Below the pieces are notes generated by a model, which had not been told where the DNA came from, searched no databases, and worked only from the letters and a program-made list of their open reading frames with translations. The translations under genes and the position numbers were made by a program. A stretch of 64,000 nucleotides of DNA, from positions 118,918,001 through 118,982,000 of the forward strand of contig NC_087437.1 of assembly GCF_036321535.1 (NCBI RefSeq). Reading direction: 5' to 3'. Of the stretch, positions 13,496 through 27,554 are shown in pieces. Each line of letters starts with the position of its first letter. Position 1 is the first letter of the stretch. This DNA comes from Camelus dromedarius. Its lineage: Eukaryota.

Positions 13496-13659
13496 TGCCA
13501 TCATCCCCTGTGGTCTGCAAGCTTCAGCACCAGATGAGCGCACAAGAGCCACACAGAGACAGGTTGCACAGCTCCTGTGGGGCAGGTCCTCTAACCAACC
13601 CCTTCTAAAAACGCACAGACACACATCGCTGTAGGACGTGGAGCCCAAATTAAAACTGA

Positions 13660-14850
13660 GTGCTTCGGCATGGAGGGAGTTTGAGGACATGATGCTGAGT
13701 GAAATAAGCCAGATACAGAAAGACAAACACTGTCTGATCCACTCACACGAGGTCCCTGGAGGGGTCAAGGTCACAGAGGCAGAAAGCAGAGTGGAGTGTG
13801 GCAGGGGCTGCGGTTGGCAAATGGGGAGTTACTGTTTACTGGGGACTGAGTTTCAGTTGGGGAAGATGGAAAGTTCTGGAGATGATGGCGGTGATGGCTG
13901 CACAACAGTGTGAATGTGCTTACTGCCGGTGAACTGTGCACCTAAAAATGGTTAAGATGGTGAATTTTTACTTTTTTTTAAAGGTAGAAGTCATCATGAA
14001 AAATGGTAAATTTTATGTAATGTATATTTTACTACACACAAAAAAAACAAACACCAAACCAGACTGATTAAAAATTAAATCTGCTCAGTACCATGTATGA
14101 CCAAAATTGAGTCAGCTGGAGGGAAAGGGGGGAGGTAAAGGAGGAGGCAGGCAATTAGTACAACCACATTGAAAAACGGTTTGGTGTTCTGCGGTGATGT
14201 TGAAGATGTGTAAAACTTTCACCCTGGAATTTCACTCCCAAGGATGTACCTAGAATTCTTGCAAGGTGCCCAGAAACTTCTACAGGAATGTTTACAGAAG
14301 CACTGTTTATATTGCAAAATCATGGAAACAACCTAGGTACTAACAGGAAACCCCTGTCGGTTCCTCCAAATGGGAAAAGAAATAAATATGTATTGGTCTG
14401 TTCATATGATGGAACATTACCCAGCAATAAGAATGGGCAAACCACAGCTGTCCGCAGTACTGTGGATGAATCTCCCAAAATGTGAGACAAAAAAAGCAAG
14501 TTGCAGGGAGACAACATACTGGGGGCTTCTTTTATATAAAGTCCTAAACATCCAACATCGAATAACAGTTTTGGAGGTACACTGATACATGGCAAACCTG
14601 TAGGAAAGAGAAGGAAATGGATAAACACCCAGTTCAGTACTGTGGTTTTTCCCCCAGTGGGAGTGGATGGGGTTCAGTGGGCTGAGATGCAAACTGGGGG
14701 GACTGGACATAATGCATCATGGCATTGGTGACAATCCTTCTCAGTCTGGACGGTGACTACACAGGTGTTCACTTTGTGATTTCTTTATACCTTTCTGCAT
14801 TATATATAATCCTGTTGTATGTATGGAATATTTCATAATTTTACACGTGA
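13660..14850 (+). mobile_element. Old L1M 3' fragments
   Basis: 'gaggacatgatgctgagtgaaataagccag', 'ggtgatggctgcacaacagtgtgaatg', 'aaaatggttaagatggtgaatttt'. Confidence 0.7.
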
Positions 14851-14956
14851 TGTATGTATCATTAAACTAACTGGTTTTTAAATGTGTGTCCCTGAAAACA
14901 CGTCCCTTAATGGGAATGAGGGAGCTATATATCTGTCAGCAATAAACTCATCTCTG

Positions 14957-15730
14957 AGAACTTGGGCAAAGCATTCTCTGACATAAATCCTACCAGTGTT
15001 TTCCTAGGTTAGTCTCCCAAGGCAATAAAAAATAAATAGAATAAATAGAAATGAAAGCAAAAATAAACAAATGGGACCTAATCAAATTTATAAGCTTTTG
15101 CACAGCAAAGGAAACCATAAACAAAATGAAAAGACAACCTACAGAATGGGACAAAATATTTGCAAAGGATGAAACCAACAAGGGCTTAATTTCCAAAATA
15201 TACAAACAGCTCATACATCTCAATAACAAAAAAACAAATAACAAATCAAAAAAATGGACTGAAGACCTAAATAGATATTTCTCCAAAAAACACATACAAA
15301 TGGCCGATAAGCAGGCACATAAAGAGATGTTTAACATTGCTAATTATTAGAGAAATGCAAATCAAAACTATGGTGAGGCACCACCTCATACTGTTCAGAA
15401 TAACCATCATTAAAAAGTCTACAAATAACAAATGCTGGAGAAGGTGCATAGAAAAAAGAACCCTCCTACACTGTTGATGGGAATGTAAATTGGTGCAGCC
15501 ACTATGGAGAACAGTATGAAGGTTCCTTAAAAAACTGAAAATATGCTTACCCTATGATCCAGCAATCCCACTTCTGGGCATACATCCAGAGAAAAGTCTA
15601 ATTTGAAAAGACACATGCAGCCTAATGTTCATAGCAGCACTATTTACAACAGCCAAGACATGGAAACAATCTAAATGTCCAACAACTGACAACTGGATAA
15701 AGTTGTGGTATAGTTGTGGCACGTGTGCGT

Positions 15731-15771
<41 letters not shown>

Positions 15772-16305
15772 GGAATACTACTCAGCCATAAAAAGAATGA
15801 AATAATGCAATTTGCAGCAACATGGATAGACCTAGAGATGATCATACTGAGTTAGGCAGACAGAGAAAGACAAATCCTATACAGTATCACTGGGGGGTAG
15901 AAGCTTAAATATGACACAGATGAACTTATTTATGAAACAGAAACAGACTCACAGGCGTAGAAAACAGACTTCGGGTTACCAAAAGGGGAAGGGGGTGGGG
16001 GAGGGATAAATTAGGAGTTTGGGATTAGCAGATACAAACTACTATATATGAAATAGATAAATAACAAGGTCCTACTGTAAAGCACAAGGAACTAACTGTA
16101 TTCAATATTCTGTAATAAACTATAGTGAAAAAGAATATGTAAAAGAATGTAATCTACATATGGCTGAATCACTTTGCTGTACACCAGAGACTAATACAAC
16201 ATTGTATATCAACTATACTTCAATTTAAAAAAAAAACCCAGAAATATGCAAATACAAAAAATGCATAACTTAATAAAGACAAAACTCTTCATTAAAAAAA
16301 AAAAA
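14957..16305 (+). mobile_element. 5'-truncated L1 (ORF2 C-terminus, 3'UTR, poly-A)
   Basis: ORF-track peptides [12 protein letters not shown]..., MFIAALFTTAKTWKQSKCP. A-tails at 16227-16236 and 16294-16305. Flanking repeat catctctg at 14949-14956 and 16312-16319. Confidence 0.92.
15734..15769. repeat. (CA)n microsatellite within L1
   Basis: Perfect CA run. Confidence 0.95.
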
Positions 16306-18649
16306 GAAATCCATCTCTGGCCCCACACTTGGTGAGAGGGAGAGGATAACTGGGCTGTGGTTTGATGCTCACCAGCCCTAAGATTCCCATGGGTACCCAG
16401 AGCCTGGAGGCACTAAAAAGAGTCAAACCCCTTGGAATACAGACATGCAGGACACAGAGGATTTATTCTGAGTCAAAAGGAGGCAAGGAGTGTTCAGAAG
16501 CCACACGAAACCACCCCGGGTGATCTCAGGACCTTCGGCCTGTCCCTCCAAGGGTTTTGAGGCCCCTTATCCAAGCACCACTGCTGGGAAGATAACCTCG
16601 CCTGTGGGCTCCTTTGTACAGTCACCACACTTGCAGCAAGTTCTTTGGGTGAATTCAAATCCCACTTGTTCAAACAAGGAAAGAGTTTTCAGTATTTGCT
16701 GGGGTTTTTTGTGGCTGAAGCAAGTTGTAAGACTTTGCTCCGAGGCTCAGTATGTACTGGTTCTCGGCCCTGTAAAAATAGCAATTACCTCTCATTAAAC
16801 ATTTACGACGCCGGGCCCCACACTGGAGTTTGCGCTGCCTCACTGGGAGACAGGCACGCTGATCTCCCCGTTCACAGCTGAGGACCCTGGGGCCCAGGGC
16901 GGTGGCACCTGACCTGCCTTTGGCACACAGGCGGGGCTGAGACCGGAGCTGGGTCTCTGGGCACAGCCATCTGGTGGGCTGAATCAGACAGAGGGGCTGT
17001 GGCTCCCAGACTTGGGAGGGGCCCCAGTCTGTGTGCCAAGTTGCTCAGAGCCCCCTTTGCTCAGAGCCCAGAGGGAGACAATTACAGGGGAAAGGGTGTG
17101 CGGGGTAGGGAGGGAGCGTCACCAGCACTGGCGGTGGCGGTGAAGGTGACGGAGGAACAGCCAGCCCTGCCTCCGCCTCCCTCTGTCCGCCTTCTGGGCC
17201 CTGAGTCCCCTGCATCTGATCTGGGTCCTCCCCACCCGGCCGCTCTCAACTCCATGGGGAGACCATCCCCCGCCCCCATCGAGGCACCTGGGACAAGGAA
17301 CGCTGGTGAATGGGTGCTCACTGAGGTCAGCAGGCCTCCTTGAACCTGACCCTGGGGGCTAACTTCTAACTCTGTCCCCTACACACCGAATTCATAATAA
17401 TGGAGAGAAAACAGGGCAATGGCAATAAAAAACCCTACTTGGAAAAGAGGAGGAGAAGCAGCAGCAGTCAGTGATCCCCTGGAGGTCCCCCACTCCTGCC
17501 CAGCACGGAGGGCTGGGACCCCCGGCCTGCTGTCCCGACAGGAGCTGCTGGCTCCCCGCTCTACCCTCAGGGGACTTCCTTTTGCAGTCAGGGGCGGAGG
17601 GATTGCAGGCTTTCTGTGTGAGATGATGCATCTCAGGAGATGCCACCGCCAGGTCCAGCGCATGTCTAGAGAGAAGGTCTTCAGGTCCACAGCCAGACTC
17701 AGGCTTGGTCCTCGGTCCCCACCAGCCAAAGTCCTGGTTCAGAGAGAGAAGGATGCTGGCCAGGCCAGGTGACTGCACCTCTCTGGCTTTTTCCATGATT
17801 CAGTACCTGTTTTCTTGCTTGATGTTTTTTCTCCTCTAGAGAGTATGAATCCCTGAGCTGACAAGTTTCTTCATCTGTGACTCTCCGCTCTCACAGCAGT
17901 GAAGGGACAGCCCTGTAACCAGATAGCTGCGGTGCATCGGAGAGCATTGGCTCTTCCGTGACGTCCGAAGTGGCTACGTGTTTCCCCAAAGCCCACCTCT
18001 AGCTCCGAGGCACTGGACCCCTAGTCCTCTGACCCTTCTCCACCAGGACGGAGTCTGCACCAGTGACGGGTGGGTTGGGGTGGGCTGAGCTCCCAGCTCC
18101 TCGGGGCTGGCCGAGGCCTCCATGGTGACTGCACCACAGCTCAGCACTTCCTTCCATCCACATCTGCTTCCTTCAGCCCCCGAAGTGTTGACCCCAATAA
18201 CACTCCTTGAGAAACTTCTCGCTTCCCAGGGAAACTGACACAGGGCAGCAGTCACTTAACCTCCCCGAGCCCCAGTTTCCTCCTGTGGAAAGGTGGTAAC
18301 TCAGTTTAAATGAGTGACAGCATGGAAAATGTTTAGAAAAGTGTCACTATTACACAGTGATTATTACAACTACTGCTAGCAGTGCCCAGACACACAACCT
18401 TTTCCTGAAACAGTCTGCTACGGCTCTCGTGACACACCTACCCTGACTCAGAGCCACGGCATCAAGCAGACGCATTCTAGCCTCTCAGGATGGTACCCCT
18501 GGGTCTGGGAACCGTAAATTAAGGGTGTGCACTTCCTACGTATGTGCACCGATTTGTTTATAATTAATCCACTCTGGAATCAACCTCTTGTTGGATGAAC
18601 CGCCAACCTCAGCCTGGTGAATTTCAAGCTGTCTCCTGTCAAACTACAT

Positions 18650-18960
18650 TTCTTTTTTGCTTTGTTTTGTTTTTAATTGAAGGATTGCGATGATTTACGC
18701 TATTGTGCTAGTTGCCGGTGCACAGCAAAGTGAGCCAGTTATACACATGTATATTCCTTTTCAGATTCTTTTCTATTACAGGTTGTTACAAGATATTGAA
18801 TACAGTTCCCTGTACTTACAGGAGGACCTTCCTTGTTGTTTGCCTGTTTTATATACAGTGGTGTGTATCTGCAAATCCCAAACTCCTGACTTATCCCTCC
18901 CCGCCTTCTCTCCCCTTCGGTAACCATAAATTTGTTTTCTATGTCTGGGAGTCTATTTCT
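18650..18960 (-). mobile_element. L1 3'UTR fragment (cetartiodactyl type)
   Basis: Reverse complement of the 3'UTR seen at 15950-16230, with a T-rich tail at the left. Confidence 0.8.
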
Positions 18961-20499
18961 GGTCAAACTACAATTCTACCTCAAAGCACTAAAAACTCTG
19001 TTCTCACCAGAGCCCCCACATACCTAGCCTCTGTCAGGAACCCAGTGGACTGAGTTCTCTCTGCCTTAGTGAGTGAAAGACTTTTTTTCATCAGGTCAAG
19101 ACTAATGTTTTCATTTCATTGCTGAATGCCAACACTTTCAGATAATAAATGGCAGTGTAGCTGCAGGGGAAATACAAGCAGGAGTGTACTGGGTGCCCGC
19201 CATGCCCTCAGAGCGTTTTAGTAGATGCAGCACTGCTCCAATGACAACGGTTTATTGTTAAACAAACTTGACTGCAGGTCCACCTCCTGAATTACATTTC
19301 AAGCCCACATCCTGGGCTTTGAGAAAAGCACCGAGTTGAATGAAAGGTTGTATAAGTCAAGGGTGTGAGGCATAAAGGGGCCACTCTTTGGGTCATGTCA
19401 CGTCACAGATCCTTTCCTTTCAAGCTCCATGCTTCCCAGGAGAGTGAGGCAGGCAGAAGTGCTGGCCAGCTTGTCCCTCGGGGACTGTCCAGGTGCTGGG
19501 GGTTCCCCAGCCAGGGCCAGGTTGAAGACCAGGCTGGTGGCCTTGGCAAGGTGGGGGAGGCAGGGGCAGTGAGTGGCGCCACTGCGGGACAGAGAGCATA
19601 AAGGAGCTGCGTTGCCCCGCTTCCCGGGCAGGAAGGCCTGTAACCACCGCGCATGCTCCGAGAGGGCCAGCTCCCATGGGGCGTGGAGGCCAAGCTAGGG
19701 CGGCCCCTGGTACATCTGAGCCCTCTCCTTTGTCCACCTCTGCTTGGGTCCATTTTGCAGACTGTGGCCAATATTTCATTAGAAAGGTGCTGCTGCTTGA
19801 GAACATTTGAAAGCGGGCTGGGTCAGACCACGGAGACCTCGCCTGCCCATTCAAAGAGCTTGGTTCGACCTCAGTGCAAGGACACCCTCGAAGGGTTTAG
19901 GAAGAGAGAGGAGATGAATTTGCACCTCTGGTTTCTGCCTCCTCCCCTCCCCGACCAGGTACACAGCAGGTAGGGGGAGGTGCTTGTGGCTGGAGAGGGG
20001 CTCAGTGTGGTCAGCCCAGGGACCTAGTGACAAGCTTCATTTGCATTGCAAATAATATTACACCCCTCTTATTTTTCTTACCATTTTATTAAAATTTGTT
20101 TCTAAATGAGCAATACAGTTTTTATTATTCTTTGTAGAACGCATATTACCCGGGGTCTGGCAAGAGAAATTAACACGTTAATTACCAAATGCAATGTGTT
20201 TGCAGAAGGGTTGCTCTAATGAAACAGGCCCCACTCAATCCCTATGTGAGCCCTGAACCTTCACCCTCCTGCCGCCCTCACCCTACAAAGTCAAGTCTTT
20301 TCAAGAGTATCAATGATCTGAGTAACTTTTTTCTCTGAAAAAGAGAAAAATTATAAATATTATTTTATTCATAGTTAACTTCTTAAAAACCGAAATTTCA
20401 GAGGTTTTTTCCCCACAAGTATTTTATTATAAAACATGCTTAAGTTTTTCACGCTTACACACGATTTCTCTTTTATGGCTAAAATCCACGCAAACAACT

Positions 20500-21005
20500 G
20501 CCACCTTGAAATTGGCACTGCCATCTACCTCTGCTTGGATTAACCCATGGGCCGCTGCAGCCGCGGACCTCCAACACCCACTGCAAGGAGCTCAGGGTGG
20601 GGTCAGGAATGAGGCGCTCTATGTTCTGGGAAAACTTGCAGAACAGGCCTTCAGACGGATATTTTCAGGAGAAGATTTTATGAGCCCAGATTCTTGTGTC
20701 TCCTCATATCTAGAAAAGCACTAAAATTAACGGTGACATCTGTTCCTCGTGACGGGCAGCAAGCCTCTGCCTGAGCGTGTGCTGACTGCACGTCCCCCCT
20801 GCACTGAGATCATGTATGACACTTTCAGACCTTGACACTGATGCTGAATTTACTGCCCCCAGTCTCCTTCCACACCCCCAAAACCCCTCAGCTCTGGGTC
20901 AGGAAGGCAACTTAGGGCGGTGCGCATGTTTCTGGGGGTTTTTTCCTGGCAATGGCTGGCCCAAAGTTTCATAAAACCCTTGAATCTCCTTCTCCCCTGA
21001 GAAAC
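20500..21005 (+). mobile_element. ERV LTR-like element related to the 55554-56024 family
   Basis: Shares 'ctcagggtgg', 'gagcccaga' and 'gaaaagcactaaa' blocks with the other copies. Ends are unclear. Confidence 0.55.
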
Positions 21006-22544
21006 ACAATGTCCAGCCGTAAGTCAAAGTGTGAGACAGGCAGCCGAGCTGTTAGGATGGGGGCAACACGATGCGAAGCAGACTAGGAGCGACTCCTCCA
21101 AGGAGGCTGGCAGCTTGAGTGGCGGCCCGGCCCGCCCGTGTCTTCAGGCGCGAAGATGCTCCGCCTTGCAGCTGCATCCATCCGCTCGGGAGATGAACCG
21201 AGGCTGATGAATAAATGGCATCGTTCTTCTGGGCTCGAGTGCCTCTCGTTTGTTTATCTGAGATTGTGACATGCTGAGCACTCTCTCGATATCTGTGCAC
21301 TTACGTGTACATAAGTGTGTGCACATGCACGTACGTGTGTGTAAACACTGTATATATGTAAAGTGTGTGTGTGTGTGTATATACACTTAAGATCTAAGTA
21401 CACAGCTATTCCTTTTTTCATTGGTGTTTAGAAGCTATAGCTGCTTCAGTGAATCTGTCCTTTAAAATATCAAAACTGAAACCACCAACGCCCCACGCCC
21501 CACACAGCTCACTGTCCACATTAACAAGGCTTTACTTCCTCTGCCTTCATTAGCATGACTCTACTACTCCAGAAGGCCCAGGCAAACGACTCCATCATTT
21601 ATTACAGAAATCCCCCGAAGGCCCACCAGCTCTTCAATGGAAAGTACCAACCATTCGTGCCCTAAGGCTCTTTGAAGCCGTGCCTCAAACTCCTGGCCTG
21701 GCTCTTCTCGCCGGTCCGGCTCTGGTCCTGTGACCCACAACCAACCCTAATCTCACCCGTCTCCACCCCCAGCCCCCATCCCCTAAAAGCCCCGCCTTAA
21801 CCCAGCCTTCCAGGCCTCTGCAGACCCCACCTTTGCCGTGACTAGTGAGCTAGGCTTTGTTCTGCTGGGTGAGCAGTGTTGGGGGAGCCTGCACCTGACA
21901 ACAATGGGCCGATTTTGTGTAGATGGTGATAAATTACTCAATACAGCTAATAAAGAAAATTAAACAGCAGTCATGTTGCCCGTTGTAAAAGTCTTTCAGC
22001 TCTGGGTACGAAAAAATCTGCTGTAAAACAGTGAATTACTCTGACGTAAAAAAGGAAGACGGCAGCAATCTCCTTTCTCTTTTACCAACTGCTTCCTTGA
22101 AAAAGTACGGCTCCCAGTCCCCCCCAGTAACCCTGGGGCAGTGCCCTGAGAGGGACTGGGGGTGACCCCCCAGTGACCTAGGGTGCGGGGGTGGGAGTGG
22201 GAGCACGAGCCTGCGCTGAGGATGAGGACTAGGGAGTCCGGGGCCGCCCGGGGGTTGGGGGAGCACCCCAGGCCTCCAGGAAGCCCTGCAGGCAGGGCTC
22301 TGGGGTCGGCACTCCTGCCTCTAACGGCTTCCGTAACCTCAGAGGCAAACTGCTCAGCTAGTCCCTTTATCCATAAAACAGGCACAATAACACATTTTTA
22401 GGTCGTGGAGAATCAGGCTAACCAATGAATAAGGAGAGACTTTGCCAACTGGGGAGAGCCAGGCAAATACAAGTTTTCATTTTTTCCAGAGTGGAGAGTT
22501 CAGACAACTCTCAAACCCGAGTAGGTCTGGGATGGGCTGGACAG

Positions 22545-22700
22545 AGACATCCAGGCCTAGGCTGTCCTGTGCGGCTGTGCAGGTTGTGGACTGCACAACT
22601 CCTGGGGGTGCCTTTCACATCTGTAGTCATGAGGGATGTGGGTCTTTCACGTGGGAGTTTCCAGCAGGTGCCAAGAAGTGCCTTGTGGAAAGGGGCACTT
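22545..22700. mobile_element. hAT MITE relic (MER91-like)
   Basis: 'gtgcaggttgtggactgcacaactcc..gggggtgcc' motif. Confidence 0.45.
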
Positions 22701-23117
22701 ATCCTATTTCCCCTGAAAGTGCTGAACAAGCTCGAGGTGAGACTGCCTATCTGTGTCCATCTTGTGAGATGGGAGGAAGGACCTCTACAGCGGTGCTCTC
22801 CTCTGTATGGCTTTCAAGGTTAAATTACAGGTTTGTGTCCTAATTGTTCTTTGACTTTATGACTCGAGACCAGAAGGAAAGCCACTTTAGCTTGCTCTAG
22901 GACAAGGCTCTCAATTGGTTGTAGTGGCCAAACGAGGTCTGTATGACATGTCTTAGCAGAAACATGGAATTCTAAAAGCATTTTGAACCAACATTTTTAA
23001 AACGGGAGATGTCACATAAAATCCAGCCTTCCAGCTCCTCTTTAAGACTTGGAAGACCTGGCTGACTGGACTCACACCTTTCAGATGGAGCCGGGGCAGC
23101 CCCAGCAGCCCTGTAGC

Positions 23118-23605
23118 TGCAGACTTACGGGAAACGCACAGCACGTAAGAGCTGTGAGTTTAAGTTGTATTCGGGGACTTACTGAAGACTATAGCCCGGG
23201 AGACAGCCTCTCAGTGACACTGAGATGACTACTCTGAAGAGGTGGGGGAGAAGCCAGTTTATACAGGATTTTTTTTTCTTTTTTTCTTTTTTTTGGCTAG
23301 GAATTCATGCAGTCAAGCATACATCTGGGTAAAAGATTACTGCTGGTTCCAAAAAACAGGTATCTCGAGTTAATGATGTGAGTGCTTTTTGATGTGTGGG
23401 AGAAGCAGGGAACCGGGTCATTGAGAGGCTTCCTGAGATATGCATCTAATGATGCCGGGGACCTGCTTGTCCACAGCACAGAGGGCCCCTTCTGTTAGTG
23501 CCTTGATTTTCCCTCAGTGCCCATTTGGCAGGTACCGCGGTGGGTCGCGCCTCAGTCCCGGTAGAACTGGGTGCTGAGCGACACTCTTTGGCCTCCTTTG
23601 TTGAT
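23118..23605 (-). mobile_element. ERV1-type solo LTR, diverged family member
   Basis: Similar to the 28131, 29846 and 32332 copies (gaagaggtgggggagaagccag, aaaagattactg, agtgcttttt). Confidence 0.7.
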
Positions 23606-24544
23606 GTGGGCATCTGCGTGGCCAGCCCTGGCATGGGACACGCTTGGAACCACTGTGTGAGCTTTCCCAGAAGGTGCTGGATCTGGTCCATGCCGCGTGC
23701 CCTGCAGCCTGTTCCCGAGACCCTGTCTCACTGGAGGCTGAGGTCAGACGCTTCTGCCAAGCAAACAAAACCTCCCCACCTTCCTCTGTGCTCCCTCCTG
23801 GCTCCTGCCTGTGCTCTGTGGGGCGCTGCCAAGTTTACTGAACCACCGCCAGGCCCGTGCTGGGGGCTTGGGGACCGCGACTGCAAGTCCTTGTGCAGCT
23901 TCTGGTCCAACAGAAAAGCAGAAACAAACAATAAACACACAGGGTCAGATGGGGCTAACTGCTCCAAGGCAGGGGGTGGGGACAGAGTGATGATACGAGG
24001 GAGTCCTCCTCATACAGGAGTGGGGGGCGGCCCCCAAAAGAGGCGGGAGAGGAAACAGGCGCACCTGAGTGGAGGAAGGACCTTCCCGGAGCGCGTGGGG
24101 AAGGAACCAGAGGCTGGCAGAGACCAGATGAGAGATGGAAATGAAGGCAGTGGGACTGGGGCAGACTGTCGGAGGCCTCGGGGCAACCCAGAGAATCTTG
24201 GCTTGTTTTTAGTAGTTGGAAGGCAGCAGAGAGATCACAGGGCTGTCGGAAGGAAGGCGCACTCTACTCCCCGCTGCGACTGGAGCCTGCAGCTGGCACA
24301 CCACGCGGATGAGGAGGGTCCACAGAGAGGGCGCGTTCCACGGTGTCCCGGCAGCTGGGACGTTGCGGGACTGACAGCAGCGGCATTAATGAACTGGATG
24401 GGGGCTGAGAGACAGCAGGCAGCCAGAGAGGACCCCGAGGGTTTAGTCCAAGCAGCTGGGGGACTGGAAGTGCCAGTTACGGAGATGGGGAAGCAGACGT
24501 GGGAGTGATGAAGAACGTGGTCTGGGGCAGGCTGACTGTGAGCA

Positions 24545-24945
24545 GCTGTGTTGGGTGAACGTCCCTCCCCAGTTCATCTGGTTAGCCCTAACCCCCAGGA
24601 TCTCAGGATGTCCCACATTTGGGGGTGGAGCCTTAAAAGAGATGATTCAGCTAAAATGAGGCATTTAGGGTGGACCCTAATTCTATCTGACTGGCGTCCT
24701 TACGAGAAGGAGAGCTTGGACACCGAGAGACTAAAAGCATGTGTGCCAACAGAGGGAGGACCGTGGAAGGGCATATCGAGAAGATGGTCATCTGAAAGCC
24801 AAGGAGGGGGCCTCAGGAGAAACTAAACAGGCCAACACCTTGACCCTGGGCTTCTGGCCTCCAGAACTATGAGGGGGGAAAATGTGTTGTTTAAGGCCCT
24901 TGCCTGTCTTGGCATTTAGTCAAAGCAGCCCCAGGAAACAGACAC
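24545..24945 (+). mobile_element. MLT1-type MaLR LTR
   Basis: 'agggtggaccctaat..gactggcgtcctta' and 'caccttgaccctgggcttctggcctccagaactatgag'. Confidence 0.8.
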
Positions 24946-26193
24946 GGTTGCCAGTTGAGCCTCTCAGTGGAGATGATGCGTTTGTGTTGGAGCTGAAGGA
25001 AGGGAGATACAAAGTCGGGGCCACGAGCAGAAGGTGCTGTTGAGAGAGAGCCAGGGATCTAGGCAGGCCCCCAGGAAGGGAGTGTCCCCCGTGGATGGAG
25101 CTGGGGCAGGGCTGGGGGAGCCCAGAAGGAGGGAGAGAGGGCACAGCCTGGGATGTGGGCAGGAGCGACCAAGGGGCGAGAGGGCCTGGGAGGATGAATG
25201 AAGATGGGATCCAAGCAGAAGCGGCAGCTGACCTGTGATGTGAGGGAGGACCAGGCTGCACCCTGGCTCCATCCAGGGACCATGGCCAGGGCAATTCCTG
25301 CGGACCGAGGGGGACACAAACCCCAGTGCTGGGGAGTCGAGAGAGAGTGAAAGGGGAGGCGGTGACACTCCATGCCTTTTGGAGGCGAAATATTAAAGCC
25401 CATCCAAGAGTGGGAGATTTTCTTCTACATTATTTACAGAAGGAAACCCAGCCGAGGACTGGCTCTCCCTGCGGGCGTCACCCTGCATCACACAGCCCTG
25501 TCTGTGCCTGTGGGGAGGTTTCCCTGCGGAATCTGGTCCTTCTGGAAAAGACTGTCTGCTCCCTCAGGGAACTGCTGTGTGTCCCTTGATGCCCTCAGTT
25601 ACCAGGAAGCTTGGAAACGAATTTTCTGTGCTCCCCTCTGTGGTCAGCGTGCTTTGTCTTGTTCCTTGTTCATCCTTCTTGTTTGTTTACTTTAGTCACC
25701 TGATTGCTTATGTCTTTTGGGGATTTTTTTGCAATCTTGCACCCAAATTTTGAGACAGCGCTTATAAATGAATCCGAGCGAATAAAACACCCGTGCAGTC
25801 TTCCCAGGCCTCCTTGCAGGGATGCCCAGTCCTGGTTTTTTTTTTTTCAAGGTATGTTTCAAAATCATAATGGTGACATTAAATTCTCAACTTTTCCAAC
25901 CAAATGAATCCACTCACGTCAAACTAAAATTTTAAAAATAGATACCATGCAGCCCCGTAGAAAGAGAGGCACAAATCTGAAGACTAGCTGGGGACAAGGA
26001 CTCCCTGCTGGTGGCTGCCTCCGTGGCCCCGCGTGCTGGGAACAGGGTCCCATGCAGGGAAAGGGCAAAACTGGCGAAACCTGCAAAACCACGGCACTTG
26101 CTACTTAGGGTGCCGGAGGGTAAACGGTCCGCACCAGGAGCCTCAGACCCCGTCCGGAGAAAGTGATCAGCAGTGTCTACAGCAGGAAGTTGA

Positions 26194-26275
26194 GGGGAGA
26201 GGGTGTAGCTCATGCTCAGCATGCAGCAGGTCCTGGGTTCAATCCCCAGTACCTCCATTTAAAAAATAATAGATG

Positions 26276-26317
<42 letters not shown>

Positions 26318-26345
26318 CCAACCTAATTACCTCCCCCACAAAAAA
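26194..26345 (+). mobile_element. Vic-1-type camelid tRNA-derived SINE with internal (TAGA)n
   Basis: GGGGAGAGGGTGTAGCTCA..GTCCTGGGTTCAATCCCCAGTACCTCC (B box) and the characteristic 'aacctaattacctccccc' tail. Confidence 0.85.
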
Positions 26346-27554
26346 GGTGAAAGAAAAAGACAAGAAAAGATGAAGCTGAAACAATCCCCACTTAGACAAG
26401 GGCACAGCGTATACAGCAGTACCTACAGCCCAGCCCTCCTCCCTCCCCCCCGCCCCCCCCACCTCCCCTGCAGAGGGAAGTTCCTCTCTTTCTCAGCAAA
26501 TTCTCTCCTCTCTTCATTTTATAGCCTTTCAAAAGTGTGCTCTCCAAATAGTTCTCCTAAGGATTTGGGCTTTTGGACTAAAAGAGCCAGAAAGACCCAC
26601 TCCTGGTCCCTTCTGGCAGACCCTCCATCTGCCACCCCAATCTCCAGAGAAATAAAGTCCGGAGCCAGCTGGGGTGGGAATGAGCAGGCAGAGGGGAAGT
26701 GTAAGAAAAGCTGTTAGCAACTGGTTTTGAAAGCTCTCCCGCCACCTAGGAAACCACGGCTAAAACCCCTGCAAAGGACAAGGTGACTTTGCAGACTTGT
26801 TTGTAATGGTGAGATTTCATGAGCACAACAGGATTTTAAAAGCATTTGTTGTCCCTACATAGATGACAAGGAGGTGACCCAAGAACTTGAATATTATAAA
26901 ACAATTGCTTGCTGACAGTTAACACCGTAGCAGGCAGTTCACAGCAGATCCGAGCATAGGTGTTCAGCGCCCCCATTTAAGAGAGAAAATAGCTCGAAAC
27001 CAGTGAGACTTTATCTTACTCCAATTAAAGTACAAAAACGGCTAAAACAAGCAAACAGACAAACAAAACAGAAGAACATGTCACTCAGAAGAAGGGTGGG
27101 TCAGCCTGGAAGGTTGGAAGAACGCCATCACAGAGGTCCTATGTGTGTAGGTGTAACAGCTCCAGAATTCTCAAGTTTCATTCTAATATAAGACTCACCC
27201 CAAAACCCTGAATTTAAAAGAATGCAAATTTCTGGGCTGCGCCTCCAAGAGCCCACTTTGGTGGTTCTGGGGTGGAGCTGACACTGGTGGTCTGGACCAC
27301 ACTCTGTACCCTCTCTCGGTCGCCCCTGCTTTTGTGGGCTGTAACGCTTCTCCGAGGGGTTCTCCTCTAGAGGGGTCTCAGCCTGGAAGGGTGAGGGGCA
27401 GCTGCGCCTGTGCCTTCACCGGGGGCGTCCTCCTGTCTTCCGTGGAGATCACCTGGACCATCCGTGCCCCAGAGCCCGCTCTCCTGCTGCCTTTCTTAAC
27501 TTAAAAGTTAAAATCTCCAGAAAAGAAGGGACACCTTCAAGGTGACTCATAGGT

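Noticed and set aside
20380..20500. Possible ortholog of the human upstream androgen enhancer
   Set aside because: Only a short AT-rich resemblance and no ARE visible; it needs an alignment.
23525..24508. 327-aa ORF
   Set aside because: Non-ATG start inside an LTR, no recognisable domain; a chance ORF in GC-rich DNA.
26194..26260. tRNA-like A/B boxes (also at 41551)
   Set aside because: These are SINE heads with SINE tails, not tRNA genes.
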